From contig NMRA01000135.1 in the NCBI GenBank assembly GCA_002633005.1, positions 270,373 through 334,372 on the forward strand: a stretch of DNA of 64,000 bases. Reading direction: 5' to 3'. Under the pieces are notes generated by a model. That model worked only from the letters and a program-made list of their open reading frames with translations, was not told where the DNA came from and made no database searches. Each line of letters opens with the position of its first letter. Positions within the stretch are counted from its first letter, which is position 1. The stretch is from Phoronis australis (Eukaryota > Animalia > Phoronida). Position numbers and translations under genes: made by a program. Positions 24,201 through 37,600 of this stretch are shown here, piece after piece.

Positions 24201-27200
24201 GGCAACACTTCCGGCTGCAAAACAAACAGGAGCAGTCAACAGTACGTGTGAGTACAGTATTAAACGGTGTGTCCAAACACATTCAGAAGAGCTAAAATTA
24301 GCATCTTGTTTATTTCGGCCGGGTTGCAACTTCTGCCTCACGGATCAATATTCGTTTTATCGGCTGTTTTTTTCTGAGTAAAGTGACATAGACACCAAAT
24401 CAATCCAGTATGTTTTTATGACCTGACACACTAAACCCTGTTTTGATGATTCAAAGGAGAATGTCGCCAAAAACAACGTTTTTTGTATCAATTTAGATCG
24501 ACTGTATACGAGGTGGTGTGGATATAGACCGATTAAGACGGTAACAAAAACTAATTAAATCGGGTGGCATTCTCCTTTAAGCAAATGACTTTCCAACTAA
24601 GGAAGTCAATATAGTCAGTAACTTAACTGTATTTTCGGCTTGCACGAAGCCAACTACGTGTTGGAGGTTATAACGAGGCTAAAAGTATTTACCAGTATTT
24701 TATAAATTATTTGCAACCATTATGACGTCAAACTGTTATTGTTGTGCAGTGGGATATTCAAATGACTCGCAAAAATGTCTGTTCGTGAACGAACCTGTGT
24801 TTCGTACCTGTCAACTCGTCCCGCCCTGCCGCAGTGTCCAGAAATAGAAATCCAGCCAAGCCGAAGAAACTTTAGCGCTTTTACAATTGTAAAGGGTTGT
24901 AAGTAGAATGTTTTTTTATTTCACATGCTAACTATCTGCACATAATTTGCAACAACTTAAGAGTCCTGGAACACGATAAATAGACTAAATTGCAAATGAA
25001 TATTGAAAGTGGTTTTCTGCAACTGAAACAATTCAACCTGCTCACCAGGTATTTTTAGCGTTTGTTCGTAAAGATTTTTAATTTATATTGATATCAAAGC
25101 ATTCTCTTTTACGTAGTTTCAAATTTCAAAAAACAACCTGTCTACTGCTCGCCACTTCGACGTCTCCAAGAAGGCACAGCACCTCTCCTTATTTAGTATG
25201 GCATGACATTGACGCAGCACATTCCTCATGTGGAAAATGTGACTTCAAGCAACTGAGTGTGAGCGCATGGGCGCATTTATCATCAATGGGAGGAACTCTG
25301 TGGTATCCACAGTTTTTCCTTTGTACGTATTTAAAAATGGTGAATTTTGTGCTTTTTCGGGAAATTTCCTCACAGGGGAAAGTGAATTACTCTGTACTAG
25401 ACGTTGCGAAATGGTACTTTCGTCAGGAACTGTTTAAAAGATATTTTTCACAAGCTTTCTCATTCCATGCCTCTTTAGCTTAGATATGGATATTTTTCTA
25501 ATAGATACAGTATCCAAACTTAAATTAGTCAGCAATCTTAAATTTTAATCACTTAACAGCCTCTTTGATATAGCCTTTCTATATTTTTTGTGTTTATGTG
25601 TGTTTGTCTGTGTATTTGTAACTAGATCGTTTAACATCCTATGTATTATGATATTATTATACAATAGAAATTGTCTCTTGTAATTTTGATGTCTTTCGGT
25701 AATCATACTTTTTATATTTATTGTTATCATGATTGTTAATCTGTCTTTATATATCTTCGATTTACGTGAAGATTAAACATTCTAGTAAAAAGTGCTATTA
25801 CTGTTTGAAGTCAATTGTTATGTCATCCATCCCATGAGCGTAGTTCACCGTTTTAACACGAGATTTGGGCAATTATATAACTGGGTGTTCCATCGAGACA
25901 GGAACCCCGGTGTAAAACATATATCGAAAACAGACTCCCGCACCTTCAAAGCAGCTAATCAGACCGATAAACACGAACCCTGACCTTCAAAACAGAAACC
26001 CAGGAGATCAGACAGAACACCGGGGGACCAAATCACCACCGTGACTCCCGCACTTTTTGTCAAACATTGTTTGATGAAAAATAAATCTTCCTACTTTAAA
26101 TAGTTGTTGTGAGAATTTTAGACAAATTTGGCGTCTCATGTTGTTCTGCTGCTAAAGTTATGGTGCGATCTTTTGCGGCGGCTTTCGGCGCCATGAAATA
26201 TTGCACCACCTAATTCTTTTCTCCCCAATTCTTCAATCAACTCTTCTTCTTCTACGAGGACAGGTTGCGTACATGTCACAACAATCAATTAACAATGACA
26301 CTCGAAGGTCGAAATAACATTTTTGTTTTTCATGGTTGAAAATATTTTTGGAGAAACTATTGCATAATCTGAAATTATCTAGATATTCACCGAGATAACA
26401 ACGTGTTGAGAGTATAGGTCATTTTGAAATTCGCCCACAGACAAGTTGCACGAGTTTTATCGATAAAAATCAATTGCAGAAAACAATTGGAAAGTAATGG
26501 AAGATGCTTTAACTTAAAGTTTGAGGGTATTGACAACGGTCTCAGGAAATTTGAAAATGGTCAGGGTTCGTGTTTTTCGGGCTGATTAGCCGTTTTGAAG
26601 GTGCGGGAGTCTGTTTTCGAACCGAGATATCTGTTTTACTCCTGTTTTGATGGAACACCCTGTATAATCAGCAATACTATATCTAGTACTATATATCTAG
26701 TAATATATCTAGTAATACTATATCTAGTACAAAGTGCAACGCTCTAAGGGACGATGACGGTACCCCACGAGACTAATTACTCAATTATGCTGAGCAATTT
26801 GAGCACGTGCCTGCGACAACATTTAAAATTGTAGCTTTGTGGATGCCAATTAAAAATCAGTTGGAAGACGATGTGGGCGCATCATATTTTTAATTTGCGT
26901 TAACATCTAGAGGTTGTTTTCCACTTGACTGACAGGCCGGGGATTTAATAACTTTGTAATAAGTCATAAACATAGGACTGTGCTGTAAGTCAGCGTGTTG
27001 GTATGATAGGAGTAAGAATCATTGGTCTCTTACGCGCGCACGTTGCAAAAAGGACTGGTTTCGAGCGCCGGTCGCGTCAGAGATCTTTTCAGACCAGGAC
27101 ACGGAAACTTTTCACTGTATCACTGTAGGTCATGCGATGTGACCAACATATGGCGAGACTAAAAAAATTACTTTAGTATGCCAATGCCCTGTGCAATATA

Positions 27201-29632
27201 CCGTACTAATAGAACTTGTTAGGCAGTGGGATCAAAGTGAACATACATCACAATGTTATCCACAAAAATGTTAATTTAAGTGCTTTACCTATTAAGATGT
27301 ACCCCAATGCTAGCCACCAGTCCAATCGTTTCTGATGCCGTTGGCCGAGATAACCGCCTACAAACGACCCACACAATAGTCCTATACTGCGTCCCATGAC
27401 GCAGCGGGATATCTCTTCATAATCGACGCGTAAAAGTTCCTTCAAATCGATCAGAGTAGGCGCTAGAATAGCGGTATAAAATCCCTGAAAAATAGTTCGT
27501 AACTTGAAGTTTCTATTTGGAAAATATATTTGAGGAGTTATTTGAACTTATTAACTGGTGACTGTTTCATTAAAAATGACGTAAGATTGAAATTTGTTCT
27601 TACGCTCCATACAACTATTTCTGAAAAATAATTAAATTTGACTTGAGCAAACGTGAAAAGTCTCTGAAAATACAAACATAACCACTAGTTAATGAGATAT
27701 TTTCGATAAATTATTTGCACACCTGTCTTTTAAGTCCTCAAGTCACTTTCATGAAACAGACCACGCCCCCTGGTGTCGGAGACCTGCTTATTGTAACTAC
27801 TGCTTCTTAATTATCAAACGGAAAACGTTGAATGATGGATGTTTTGGTGTAATTTTGTCAGTTAATTGAGAATAGACGGCATTATAAAATCAAATGCTAA
27901 TAACAGAGTTTTAATTCCCATTTTCCTTCTTACAGCAAGCGCATGTTCAAGTAAATGCAGTTAAGTTAAACATTACAAGGTGATCAAAAAGCGCCCTATT
28001 TCATATTTTTATAATATATCATTTATATTATGTATTAAGTATCCATATTTTCCATTGGTATAAACAATACGCCTGGGAGACTTTTCTGACACTAAAATGA
28101 ATGACATTGGACTGTACACTAAGCAGCAGCAGATAAAAATTGCTGGAGTCTATTTTTCAAAAAAAAAAAATCGGTGCTTCTGAAACAAAAAACAATGCGA
28201 GTGATACTTGGGGAGAAACAATGTACCTAATAGAAGACAGTGGAATTTTTCAGGAGGCTGACAGTGTAGCAAATACCACTAAGGTAGACCTCTTTCAGCC
28301 AGGACTCCTTTGCAGGGCTTGAAGAATTCCTAAAGAAAATCAAATCGACTTCTCTCACAAGAATTTAGCATCCTGAGGTCATCAGTTACATGTGTACTCC
28401 AAACAGACCTTCATCAGTTTTTTTAACAAAATACAGAGGCAGATTGGTTGCAGCAACGCAGAACAGTTAGTGTTTGTTCGGGATATCATTCAAACTATTG
28501 AAATCGACATTGGTTTGTTGTCATGTGACGAGGAACGCGTCAACGACATTTATTACCTAACGAAAGAGTTATGACTGAAAGAGGTCGACCCCTGTTACAA
28601 GTAGTCAGAATACTGCTATGTGAAATTTGTCAAAAAAACGATGCCTTGACTGAAATTGAAGCGGTTGGGCGCATTTTTTTAGTTAATGAGGGCTGGTTTC
28701 GAAATGATTCGGGCTTCAGACCAGAGTTAATTGCGAGTCTTATACCAAACAGTCGTTATTGTCATGCGGATTTAGTAGCGATACTTGCACAATGTATGGT
28801 TCACAAGGTGAGATTTCACCTTTCCCGCACCTTTCAATCTGCCGTAATCTCGCCTTCTGTCGAAATAAAAAACTTTGAATTACGCTGCTTACTACTAGAA
28901 AACTTCGGCTCTACTTAATCCTTATTTAGATGATTTATGGACTTGGAAAGAAGTGGCGGTTCATTATTGCTTGAGACGATGGTCAACATGAAGTAACCCG
29001 CCGGTACCACAGGCGTCCTCACCTTCTGATCGTCCCCAATACACTACATGTAATACTAGTGTAGTATTACATGTAGTGTATTGGAGACGATCAGAAGCTG
29101 AGGACGCCTGTGGTCGGTACAAATGAAGCCAACTTGTTGAGTCCGGTCCTGTTCAATAAGGAACTGTCAGACCAGAAACGACATGTGAACTGAGCAAAGA
29201 AACAGGCTGAGATTAAAATTAACGTGGAAAATGGTCCAATATTAAAAGTGTTGTGAAGGAAGGCGGGCTTACTAATAGCACTCTTTAGGGTAGGTCGTGA
29301 TCATCCGTCAGTTCCAAAGGGCGAGCAACATGATACGTTTACATGGGTGGTCTTTATCGCTGTCAATTTGGGTTCATTCTTTTCACAAAAGAACATTATA
29401 ACATTTATTTGACTAAATTGATGAACTTGGAAACGCACAGTATGGTAACACTCGTTATATTACATACAATACCGAAGCCTCCCGCAGTGAGCGCTGCCGT
29501 CTTCAGCACTCTGTAAACGAACCACCGACTGTCCAGACTCGGTGTATCCGTTTCCTGACTTTCCTCAGCATCCTGCACGCTCGGTTTCTTCGGAAGTAAT
29601 GACTGTTTTTCACTCGCCGCTTCACTGCTCAT
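21245..29632 (-). CDS. Major facilitator superfamily transporter, MFSD4/NAGLT1 (sodium-dependent glucose transporter 1)-like
   Basis: Four phase-consistent exons: 29632-29468, 27484-27289, 24214-24113, 22233-21245. Motifs GFYTAILAPTLIDLK, GRSIGLLCGSFVGG, MWQTK..FGYHLAYSVGQLVAPLVASPF, PYAICG; many hydrophobic TM segments; N-terminal EKQSLL dileucine-type signal. Confidence 0.88.
23375..23598. mobile_element. Small MITE in an MFS intron
   Basis: TIR CAGGGGTACCGTAGAAT / ATTCTATGGTACCCCTG, with internal CATACGAAC subrepeats in both orientations. Confidence 0.7.
25881..26662. mobile_element. Tc1/mariner-type MITE with TIRs of about 100 bp
   Basis: GGGTGTTCCATC...AGACTCCCGCACCTTCAAA...CACGAACCCTGACC is inverted at about 26559-26662; TA-rich flanks. 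Confidence 0.75.
27975..28900 (-). mobile_element. Possible highly degenerate Tc1-like transposon remnant
   Basis: TA|CAAGGTGATCAAAAA terminus. The minus-strand fragment GLKPESFRNQPSLTKKMR weakly resembles a Tc1 transposase linker. Confidence 0.3.
29006..29114. repeat. Near-perfect palindrome of about 109 bp (fold-back / MITE remnant)
   Basis: ACCACAGGCGTCCTCA...ACACTACATGTAATACTA gtg TAGTATTACATGTAGTGT...TGAGGACGCCTGTGGT, 2 mismatches. Confidence 0.9.
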
Positions 29633-31501
29633 GATAGTAGCTCTCAGACTGTCTGTGGACGAGTATTTGAGTTCTAAGATGTGACGTCACGGTGAATATA
29701 ACGTTGTTGAGCACTACCCGCATACAAGCATTAAGTTTTCTGTTTTGATCCAGGTCTCCGTCATGTGACTTTTACCATCGTGAACCCTAGATAAGAATTG
29801 TCTCAAAGGGCTGTGTCTCTCGGTGAGGATAAAGCATTATATTTATTCAGTTTATCTGCACCTAATTGATAAAATTTACTGTATAATTGCTACTTGTGAA
29901 CATTTCTTTAAAATTCAAACGCTAATTACAAAATTGGGAATCTTTGTGTGCACGAACAAGAATTGTGTGTATACATTTTTATGGCTCGTAGCATAACGTT
30001 GTTCTTACGTGGACAAAAGTTCAGAGGGAGGGAGGGAGNNNNNNNNNNNNNNNNNNNNNNNNGGGGGAGGGAGGGAGGGAGGGAGCGAGATTACTTTCCA
30101 TGGTCATATCAGTTCCGGACATAGAACTTATTTTACTGGAAGTATATACTAAATAGCAAATTAAACAGGTTTCCGTTATGCCTTTTCCAATTTTGTTCCA
30201 ACCTCAGCCTGGTGGCGACCAAAACAGTTTGGGTACTTAAACGTTAGTTCCCGGTATTTTGCATTGAAATGTTAAGTACTTGCAGCCATACGCAAATAAT
30301 TTTTCAAATTGAATTGTTTCCCGTTTTCTGCAAATGCTTTTCTTATATATCGGAACCGTGTTAAGCCGGCTACTAGTGCCAGCCATAACGTGATATTGGT
30401 ACTTTGGAACCATCGGCCGATAACAGAAAATCTATAACTTTCGTGATAAACTCTGAAAAAGTCAGATGCAGTCAAATTGGAGTTAGTTTTCCCACCATCA
30501 TTTGTGTGAGTGAAATAGCTTACCGTACCTCCGTGCAGCTAGTCACCAAGCAAAGGCTGAGACCACAATGCTCAATTACTCTCTGTCACAGCGCCACCTA
30601 TATGTGGTCCTGTGAAATGTAGACAGATAACCAATTTATTCGCTCTACTGTCCGATAGGTCTAAAATACGGTTGCACCAAACCAGCAATGAATAGGCATA
30701 CACACAGATAATCCGGTAATTGTTGATAATCTGACAAAATCGTTCTGAGTCCATAGCAACGTTCCACAATGAGCTTATACTCGATTATCGGCCATGCCTT
30801 GAAACTTTGCTATTCGTAAGAGTCACAAAACCGGCTTTTAAGAGAAAGTAGCTATCCGACGTCAGGATGTGCACGAGTCATATTGCAGCAAAAAATAAGC
30901 ACTAAATAGACGACTAGGCGACTTTTTTGAAAATACGGTAACCTACTATATGCTGACGATTTAGTACTTTTCTGGTACTGAGTAAAAGACCTCCAAAGAA
31001 ATTAGATAATCTCCATCAATGTATCAGAATCGTAGTTCTTGGATTTTTTAAACAACAGTGCATGGAAATTGATCAGCAGCAATGGCTTGATCTCTTAAAT
31101 AAATAGCATAAATTCGAAACGCATGGGAAAATTAAATCACATAGTTCAAAGATTACTTCGATATGATTGATAGTAATGTAATTAGAACGCAAATGACCAG
31201 ACTGAGATGATCGACATCTAATTTGTAGATTGAAAAGGTAGGCACTGCAACGTGGCAAGGTTGGAGACGTTGTGTACATTCTGTGCAAGATCAAGTATTG
31301 AAAATGAATACCCCTGACTTTTGTATAGAATGTCCTTACTATGATGACTTGTGGAGCAGATTTCTTCCTGCAAAACTATACAACCCTCCTACTTATGATA
31401 AATTCTTGAAAATGCTGTTATTTCTAAACTGGTCATCTTGTAAGTTTATGTATCATGCATTTAAACGCAGGTCAGAAAATTGACACCGCTTCATCTGTTT
31501 G

Positions 31502-31652
31502 CCACGTGATTGTAACTGTAACAAGGGGTACCACGTGATTGTAACTGTAACAAGGGGTACCACGTGATTGTAACTGTAACAAGGGGTACCACGTGATTGT
31601 AACTGTAACAAGGGGTACCACGTGATTGTAACTGTAACAAGGGGTGCCACGT
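31502..31652. repeat. 29-bp tandem repeat x5
   Basis: Unit CCACGTGATTGTAACTGTAACAAGGGGTA. Confidence 0.95.
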
Positions 31653-32109
31653 CCACAGCTGCCTGGACTTTTTGTCTCCTTTTGTCGACTTTTTGTTTTG
31701 TTTTGTTTCTCTGAGGCCGACCACTTCGCCAAATGGGGGGGCTCCTTCGAGCCCCCCGTGGGTGTCTGCATGTATAGGGAGTACTTATCAAGTTTTAGTT
31801 GATAAATTTCAAGATTGTCGCAGTGTTGCATTAACACGTGGCAAAACGAAGATTGGCTGAAATCATTAAAAAATGGTTGAGTATCCTTTTAAAGAACGCG
31901 TTTATGACGCGCTTACTAAACATTTTTCACTGAAATCCTATGCTGACCGCTTTGAGATTCTCTAATTACTTCTGCAAGCTACGCGACAATCAGTCAAGAG
32001 ACGGTTCGCTCAATGAAACTCAATTATACACACGAGAGTGCATATAAAAGCAAGTGCATAACGAATTATTGCATGAGGATTTCAAATCGGTGGTAAAGGT
32101 GCCTGAGCT

Positions 32110-33081
32110 ATGTACAACTTCACTAACGTGTCGCCACCATGGTACGAGCAGGTTTCAATACCGGAAGTAGTATTGTATGCCCACCTGTTATTTGGCTACC
32201 ACATCTGCATAGTACTGTTTTGCGGAAACGCCTTGGTCTGCTGGTCGTTTATACAACTACGCCATGAAAATATAACTATCATAATGGTTGGCTTGGCTGT
32301 CTCGAACATCATGACTAGTCTCGCTGTGCCTTTGGGAATGCTGGGAAAATTCATCGTCCCACTATTCTGGAGAAGTTTGCCAATGGAAGTGTTGATGCGC
32401 CGAGAGTTATGCTGGGTTACAGTTGCACTCATTATTTATCCTGCAACAGTGTCAAACGTGCTGGTTTCTATTTTGTCGATAGACAGATTCATTTCCATAC
32501 GCTTCCCATTCCGTCATTGTGCGATCATGACGCCTCGTACCTATAAGTGGTTAGTCGTCTTTGCCTTCCTTTATGTCTTTGTCAACAGTTTGACGCTGAT
32601 ATCTACGATTGATTACGACTTCGATACTGCGCGTACTTTATGTGCCTTTGAAAATATTTTTTCCTCCACTGAATCCATGTGCATATTTTGTGCTACAACG
32701 ATGCATATTCCTGGAGCAGTCATTGTGACAACTCACGGTTATACCGCCATCAAGGCTTTCCAGCAGCGTAGACGGATTTATAGTAACACCCCAAGTGAAT
32801 TGAGAGAAAGGTCACAGTTCTTAATCACAAAGAATATGTTAAAGTTTGTCGTTCTTTATTGTGTCTGCCTGCTGCCAGGTTATGCTGCCAAACTTTTGAC
32901 GACGTTTAGTTCAAGCGAGAAGGTGGAACGTTGGGAAATCACTTCACTAAAGCGCCTAGCCAATCAGTTGATGCTGTTCAACGGCCTGTTAAACCCTATA
33001 TTTTATGCCCAGGCTGTCCCGAGCTACAAAACCAAATTATACAAATTGATCCGTTCGATATTTTCTTGCGGAAAGCAGTAG
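32110..33081 (+). CDS. Intronless class A (rhodopsin-like) GPCR, orphan
   Basis: 323 aa with 7 hydrophobic segments; GNALV (TM1), LAVSN (TM2), SIDRFISIRFPFRH (DRY-like), CLLPG (TM6), LNPIFY (NPxxY); N-terminal NFT/NVS sequons; TATAAAA about 65 bp upstream. Confidence 0.92.
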   Translation: MYNFTNVSPPWYEQVSIPEVVLYAHLLFGYHICIVLFCGNALVCWSFIQLRHENITIIMVGLAVSNIMTSLAVPLGMLGKFIVPLFWRSLPMEVLMRRELCWVTVALIIYPATVSNVLVSILSIDRFISIRFPFRHCAIMTPRTYKWLVVFAFLYVFVNSLTLISTIDYDFDTARTLCAFENIFSSTESMCIFCATTMHIPGAVIVTTHGYTAIKAFQQRRRIYSNTPSELRERSQFLITKNMLKFVVLYCVCLLPGYAAKLLTTFSSSEKVERWEITSLKRLANQLMLFNGLLNPIFYAQAVPSYKTKLYKLIRSIFSCGKQ

Positions 33082-33324
33082 AAACGGCAAAAAGTAACAA
33101 GTCCTATAGGATGATGACCAAAAACCCAGTGAGGTAAAACGGTTACCACCTCGCTGAAGCGATTATCAGGACTCCGCTTGTGGCGGTTGTCCACTGAATA
33201 TGTTGCAATCCTAAATCAAAGTCACGAAACCTATTCATATGTTCATTTTTAGTTCGTCGGTATTGCACGTAATTAATTACCAACACTACACACTTACGGT
33301 TGACTTTTCAATGTTTCACTACTT

Positions 33325-33715
33325 TGTATAGTCTGTTCCCAAATAAAATGGGCACAGATGTATTTTGTATTCTAGTGTTTGCCAAAATAAAATGGGCACA
33401 AATGTATTTGTATTCTAGTCTTTGTCCAAACAAAAGGGGCACAAATTTATTTTGTATTATAGTCTTTGCCTAAATAAAATGGGCACACATTTATTTTGTA
33501 TTATAGTCTTTTCCCTAAATAAAATGGGCACACATTTATTTTGTATTATAGTCTTTGCCTAAATAAAATGGGCACACATTTATTTTGTATTATAGTCTTT
33601 GCCTAAATAAAAGGGGCACACATTTATTTTGTATTATAGTCTTTTCCCTAAATAAAATGGGCACACATTTATTTTGTATTATAGTCTTTGCCCAAATAAA
33701 AAGGGCACAAATGTA
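33325..33715. repeat. Tandem minisatellite, about 42 bp x9
   Basis: Unit AAATAAAATGGGCACACATTTATTTTGTATTATAGTCTTTGCCT. Confidence 0.92.
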
Positions 33716-34476
33716 GGCTTCGCCAAATCATTTTTCTGTTACAATCCTTTTGAAACAAAACAGATTAATTTCGTTGTGCGATGTCAGTTTTAATTTTCTT
33801 ACTTCGACGTATTAAGTAATATCATTAACGTTTTTCCTGCATTTTGAGAGCCTCGAATTTTAGCGTCTTGGCTTGTACACAAAAAGTTACATCGTTATTT
33901 TTTCGTTGTGTCCTATTTTGAATCCCATCGTGTTTTCTATGAAATATAAAAATTAGGGGCGCCGACTTAGTTTTTGAGATATTTCAACTAAACGACAACA
34001 CATAAGAATGACTCTGCAAAACTTACCTTCTCAAAAGCGTCCCCATTTCACGAACACAATTACCCCGCTGCATTTCACTAGATGGCGATTATACTATGAT
34101 GCTGGTATTGCAAAATAAGCTCTGAATAAGAATAATCTAAGACAAGAATGTCTTATTTAACAAATTCAAAATTGATGTTTGCACACCTTCGTAACGTAAA
34201 CGAGTAATTGTGGTAAGTTTTTCGCCGTGTACGTTGGTTATATATATTTGTAAATGACATCTGGGTAGAGTCTCGCGGCGAGAAAAACTTAGCGAAAGTT
34301 ATGTGCTCTCGTTTAAAGCAAGCCGCTGTATCTCGACGTAGTCTCACGAAGTCTTGCATTTCTAGAGAGGTCCTAGCGTTATTGAACTATGTCTAGTTCT
34401 TCAGGGCCACGGAATCAGTGCCAACATGAATGTAGTTGTCGTGTAGTTGGCTCACCTTTCTAAAGCACCTCAAGTC

Positions 34477-34628
34477 TCATTAATATACAAATGTTCATTA
34501 GTTACACATTCGCGCAACAGTAGCGTGCAGGAGAGCAAGTCGTCAACTTCATTAATATACAAATGTTCATTAGTTACACATTCGCGCAACAGTAGCGTGC
34601 AGGTCGTGCAAGTCGTCAACTTCATTAA
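34477..34628. repeat. Tandem duplication of about 72 bp
   Basis: TCATTAATATACAAATGTTCATTAGTTACACATTCGCGCAACAGTAGCGTGCAGG occurs twice. Confidence 0.85.
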
Positions 34629-37600
34629 TTTACGTATTTGGTGCCGTAATGCATATTATTTGCCATGTCCAAACCCGAAAAAACAATTTTTCTCAAGGTA
34701 TTAATTGATTGCCTATAAATGGCGGGTGACCATAAAATCAGGAGCAAATATTTTGCCAAGAGGTGGGGGGGGGNCGTCCAGGTCAGTATTTATTTCTCGA
34801 CTTTCCTTTAACTTTTTGTTATTGTTAAGTTCGACAATTTATGATAGACTCAGGGTTGAAGTTAACTCCCAAAAAGGTGATAGTGTGACATTAGCCTAGA
34901 AAGATTAATATGTTAGCAAAGACGAGAATTTTGACAATCCAACATGCTATTTGCCCTTCCTACACAGACTAAGGCCTGAGAATTTATGGAGTTGGTTTTG
35001 AAGGTGAAGATACTTTTTCAAAGACTCGTTTGAGCGGTTTAGACAGAGTACTGCGTCATGCGCATCGATTGCAAAATGTTTAAGAATTTTGTTATCAATT
35101 TTGATACCCTTAAGGTTATCATTCTTAAAAACACGACAGACGTGATGAAATGAATATTTATAATGTCGCCAAAGTAGATCATCCTGCCGTCAACCACGGC
35201 TTCTAGGAAAACAAGCTGGGGGGAATCTATGTTGAATAACACTTAGACGAGCTAGCGCTGTTATTCAGCCGATGGGCTCATTGGATTAGACAATGACCGA
35301 AATTGAAAAGCGATAAAATGTTGTAATATTCCAGTACATACCATCAAGAGCTTTTGAAAATCTACCAAAATCAACAGAGCTGTCCCTGTTGTGCCTACGA
35401 TTATCAATAGTTCTGGTTGATTGTAACAAGGGCCGGAGGCCTAGTTATTGAATAAATATATGTAATAGTTCTGGTGTTTTCTTACGTTTTACTTAATTAC
35501 CCAAATAGTGAGTTCATTCCGGTAGAGACCAGACTCCAAAGCTTATATTAACACCCGTTACAGAAAGACCGAGAGGTCACTAAAGATACATTCTTTATTC
35601 CACTGAGAATCCACCTAAGTGTATTAGATGCTTTTTGCCAATTTGCCAGCAAAGAAATTGATATTTCGGTGAATATTGACCTCTGGCGATGAAATGTGGA
35701 CAATCAATCACATAACTTGTCACTAGAATCTCGGGTACCCATATTCAACAAGGGATTTTGAAATAGACCCTTGGACAGAGTACCAGGGACCCTGGAACCG
35801 AACCCTTTCAAAATGTACTCTCTCAATGCATAACCCTAACAAAGTAAATATTCTCCAGGTGTCTATTGGAGGGTGGTAGGCCGCACTCAAATTTGTTGGC
35901 ATTCAAAGTTAATAAGGCCTTCTGTTAATCACCGGTATTGTTACACGAGTCCAAGGGCCAGAATTAATGAGCCTTAAGCCCGCTTACATTTTATTCGAAA
36001 ATAGACTATGAACACCTTTAAAGCGCCAAAGAAACGGCGATCTGTCAAAGAAGCTAAAATTTGATTCAGACCACTTAAAAGTGATGGTAAAGTGTTCCTT
36101 ACTTCGATGAGAAGTGATTTTTGGTCTGGCAATCGTTATTCAACGAGACGACGCTCGCCAAATAAAATGACAAGCGAACTTGCAGAGCTTGATCTGAACC
36201 AATAACGAACAGTCAGTTCGGTGTTCCAAGTACAGATATCACCTATTTTGACAAATGAACACTTCGAGACTCAGTTTCATAACGGTAGGTGGTCTAAATC
36301 AAACATTGTTTATAGCCACTTTAAGCAATTAGAAATTTGAAAAAAAAGCCATCAATGTGCCATTTTAATTTTAAAATATAATATCTTATCACTTTAGGTA
36401 ACATATGCAACAGTCAACAAGTGAATACAAAGACATTGGAACATACAAGATGAGAGCAGAACATGACCAGCTGTTAAAACAGCGTACGTTTTTGGGATCA
36501 CATAAGTTGTAAAAACCTAATTTCCAATCAAAAGATATTACATTAGGAAACAGTGCACAATATTTTTTAGTTGTCAAAACGACATTACCATGAAAAGTAA
36601 ATATTTTCTATGCCACAATAGAAATACATTCGAAAATCATCTTTCATCAAGTTTTAAGTGGTTTGGAAGCCTACTTAGTCAATGGAAAAGCCTTTCCAGC
36701 AACTGTCCTTATACTTTATACTACAGACAATGGGAATCTGAATATTTATTAGGGGGGACGGGGACGGACGGGGGGGACTTAAGAAGACAGGTCATTTCTT
36801 AAAATGTGAACAAATTGAGAGCAGAAAACAGTTCCACAATAAGGGGGCATTGCTGTGATAGGCGATCCACGTGATTACCTGGGGCACATTCTGTAGGCGC
36901 AAGACACTCACGAGTAAAACCTATGATGATAACGCAAAGCATGATGACATCTTGTAAAGACTTTTGCGTGATCTCGATTTTCTCGAAAGACACTTGCTCT
37001 TCGAATGCAGCCATACATGTGTCTACAGAATGGACCCTTGTAGCACCACCTGGTGATTGAATTTGGAGTTCCTTACTGCTTTATCCTGTTTCTCACTATA
37101 CCAACAAAATTACTAGCATACAACCAACGATCTTCATCTATGAAATTTACATGAATTTGCATAAACTGCAATTTAAATCCAAAACTTGATACTAAACAAG
37201 AATAACCAGACCAATCCCACATAGGTGGTTTTGCAACAAACTACAGTCCATTAGGATAACAGAGCATCATTGGTTCTGATATGTGGGAGTTCCTAGTGCC
37301 AAACGGGGGGGTTAGGCGGTACTCATGAGCGTGTGTGAGGCAATGCAAAATATGCCTCAATGGACAACCCACGTCATTATAACCTTAATTTCATGCTTTT
37401 TCAAAAAAGTTCATAGATTTGCCTGACGTTGATAGGGGTGAACCTTTTTAAAGTAGTGAATACAGGTTTCGAAATGAGTAGGGGTACAGACCAGAACCAA
37501 CTATGCATTTTTGAGCTGAACTTCAAATGGAATAACTTGTGTAAAGCATGCAAAACAGATTACACAACAGCACAACTGATCTCACTGACATTTCATCAAC

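Noticed and set aside
31502-33715. 29-bp and 42-bp arrays as possible CRISPR arrays
   Set aside because: They are head-to-tail repeats without unique spacers, in a eukaryotic context with no cas genes.
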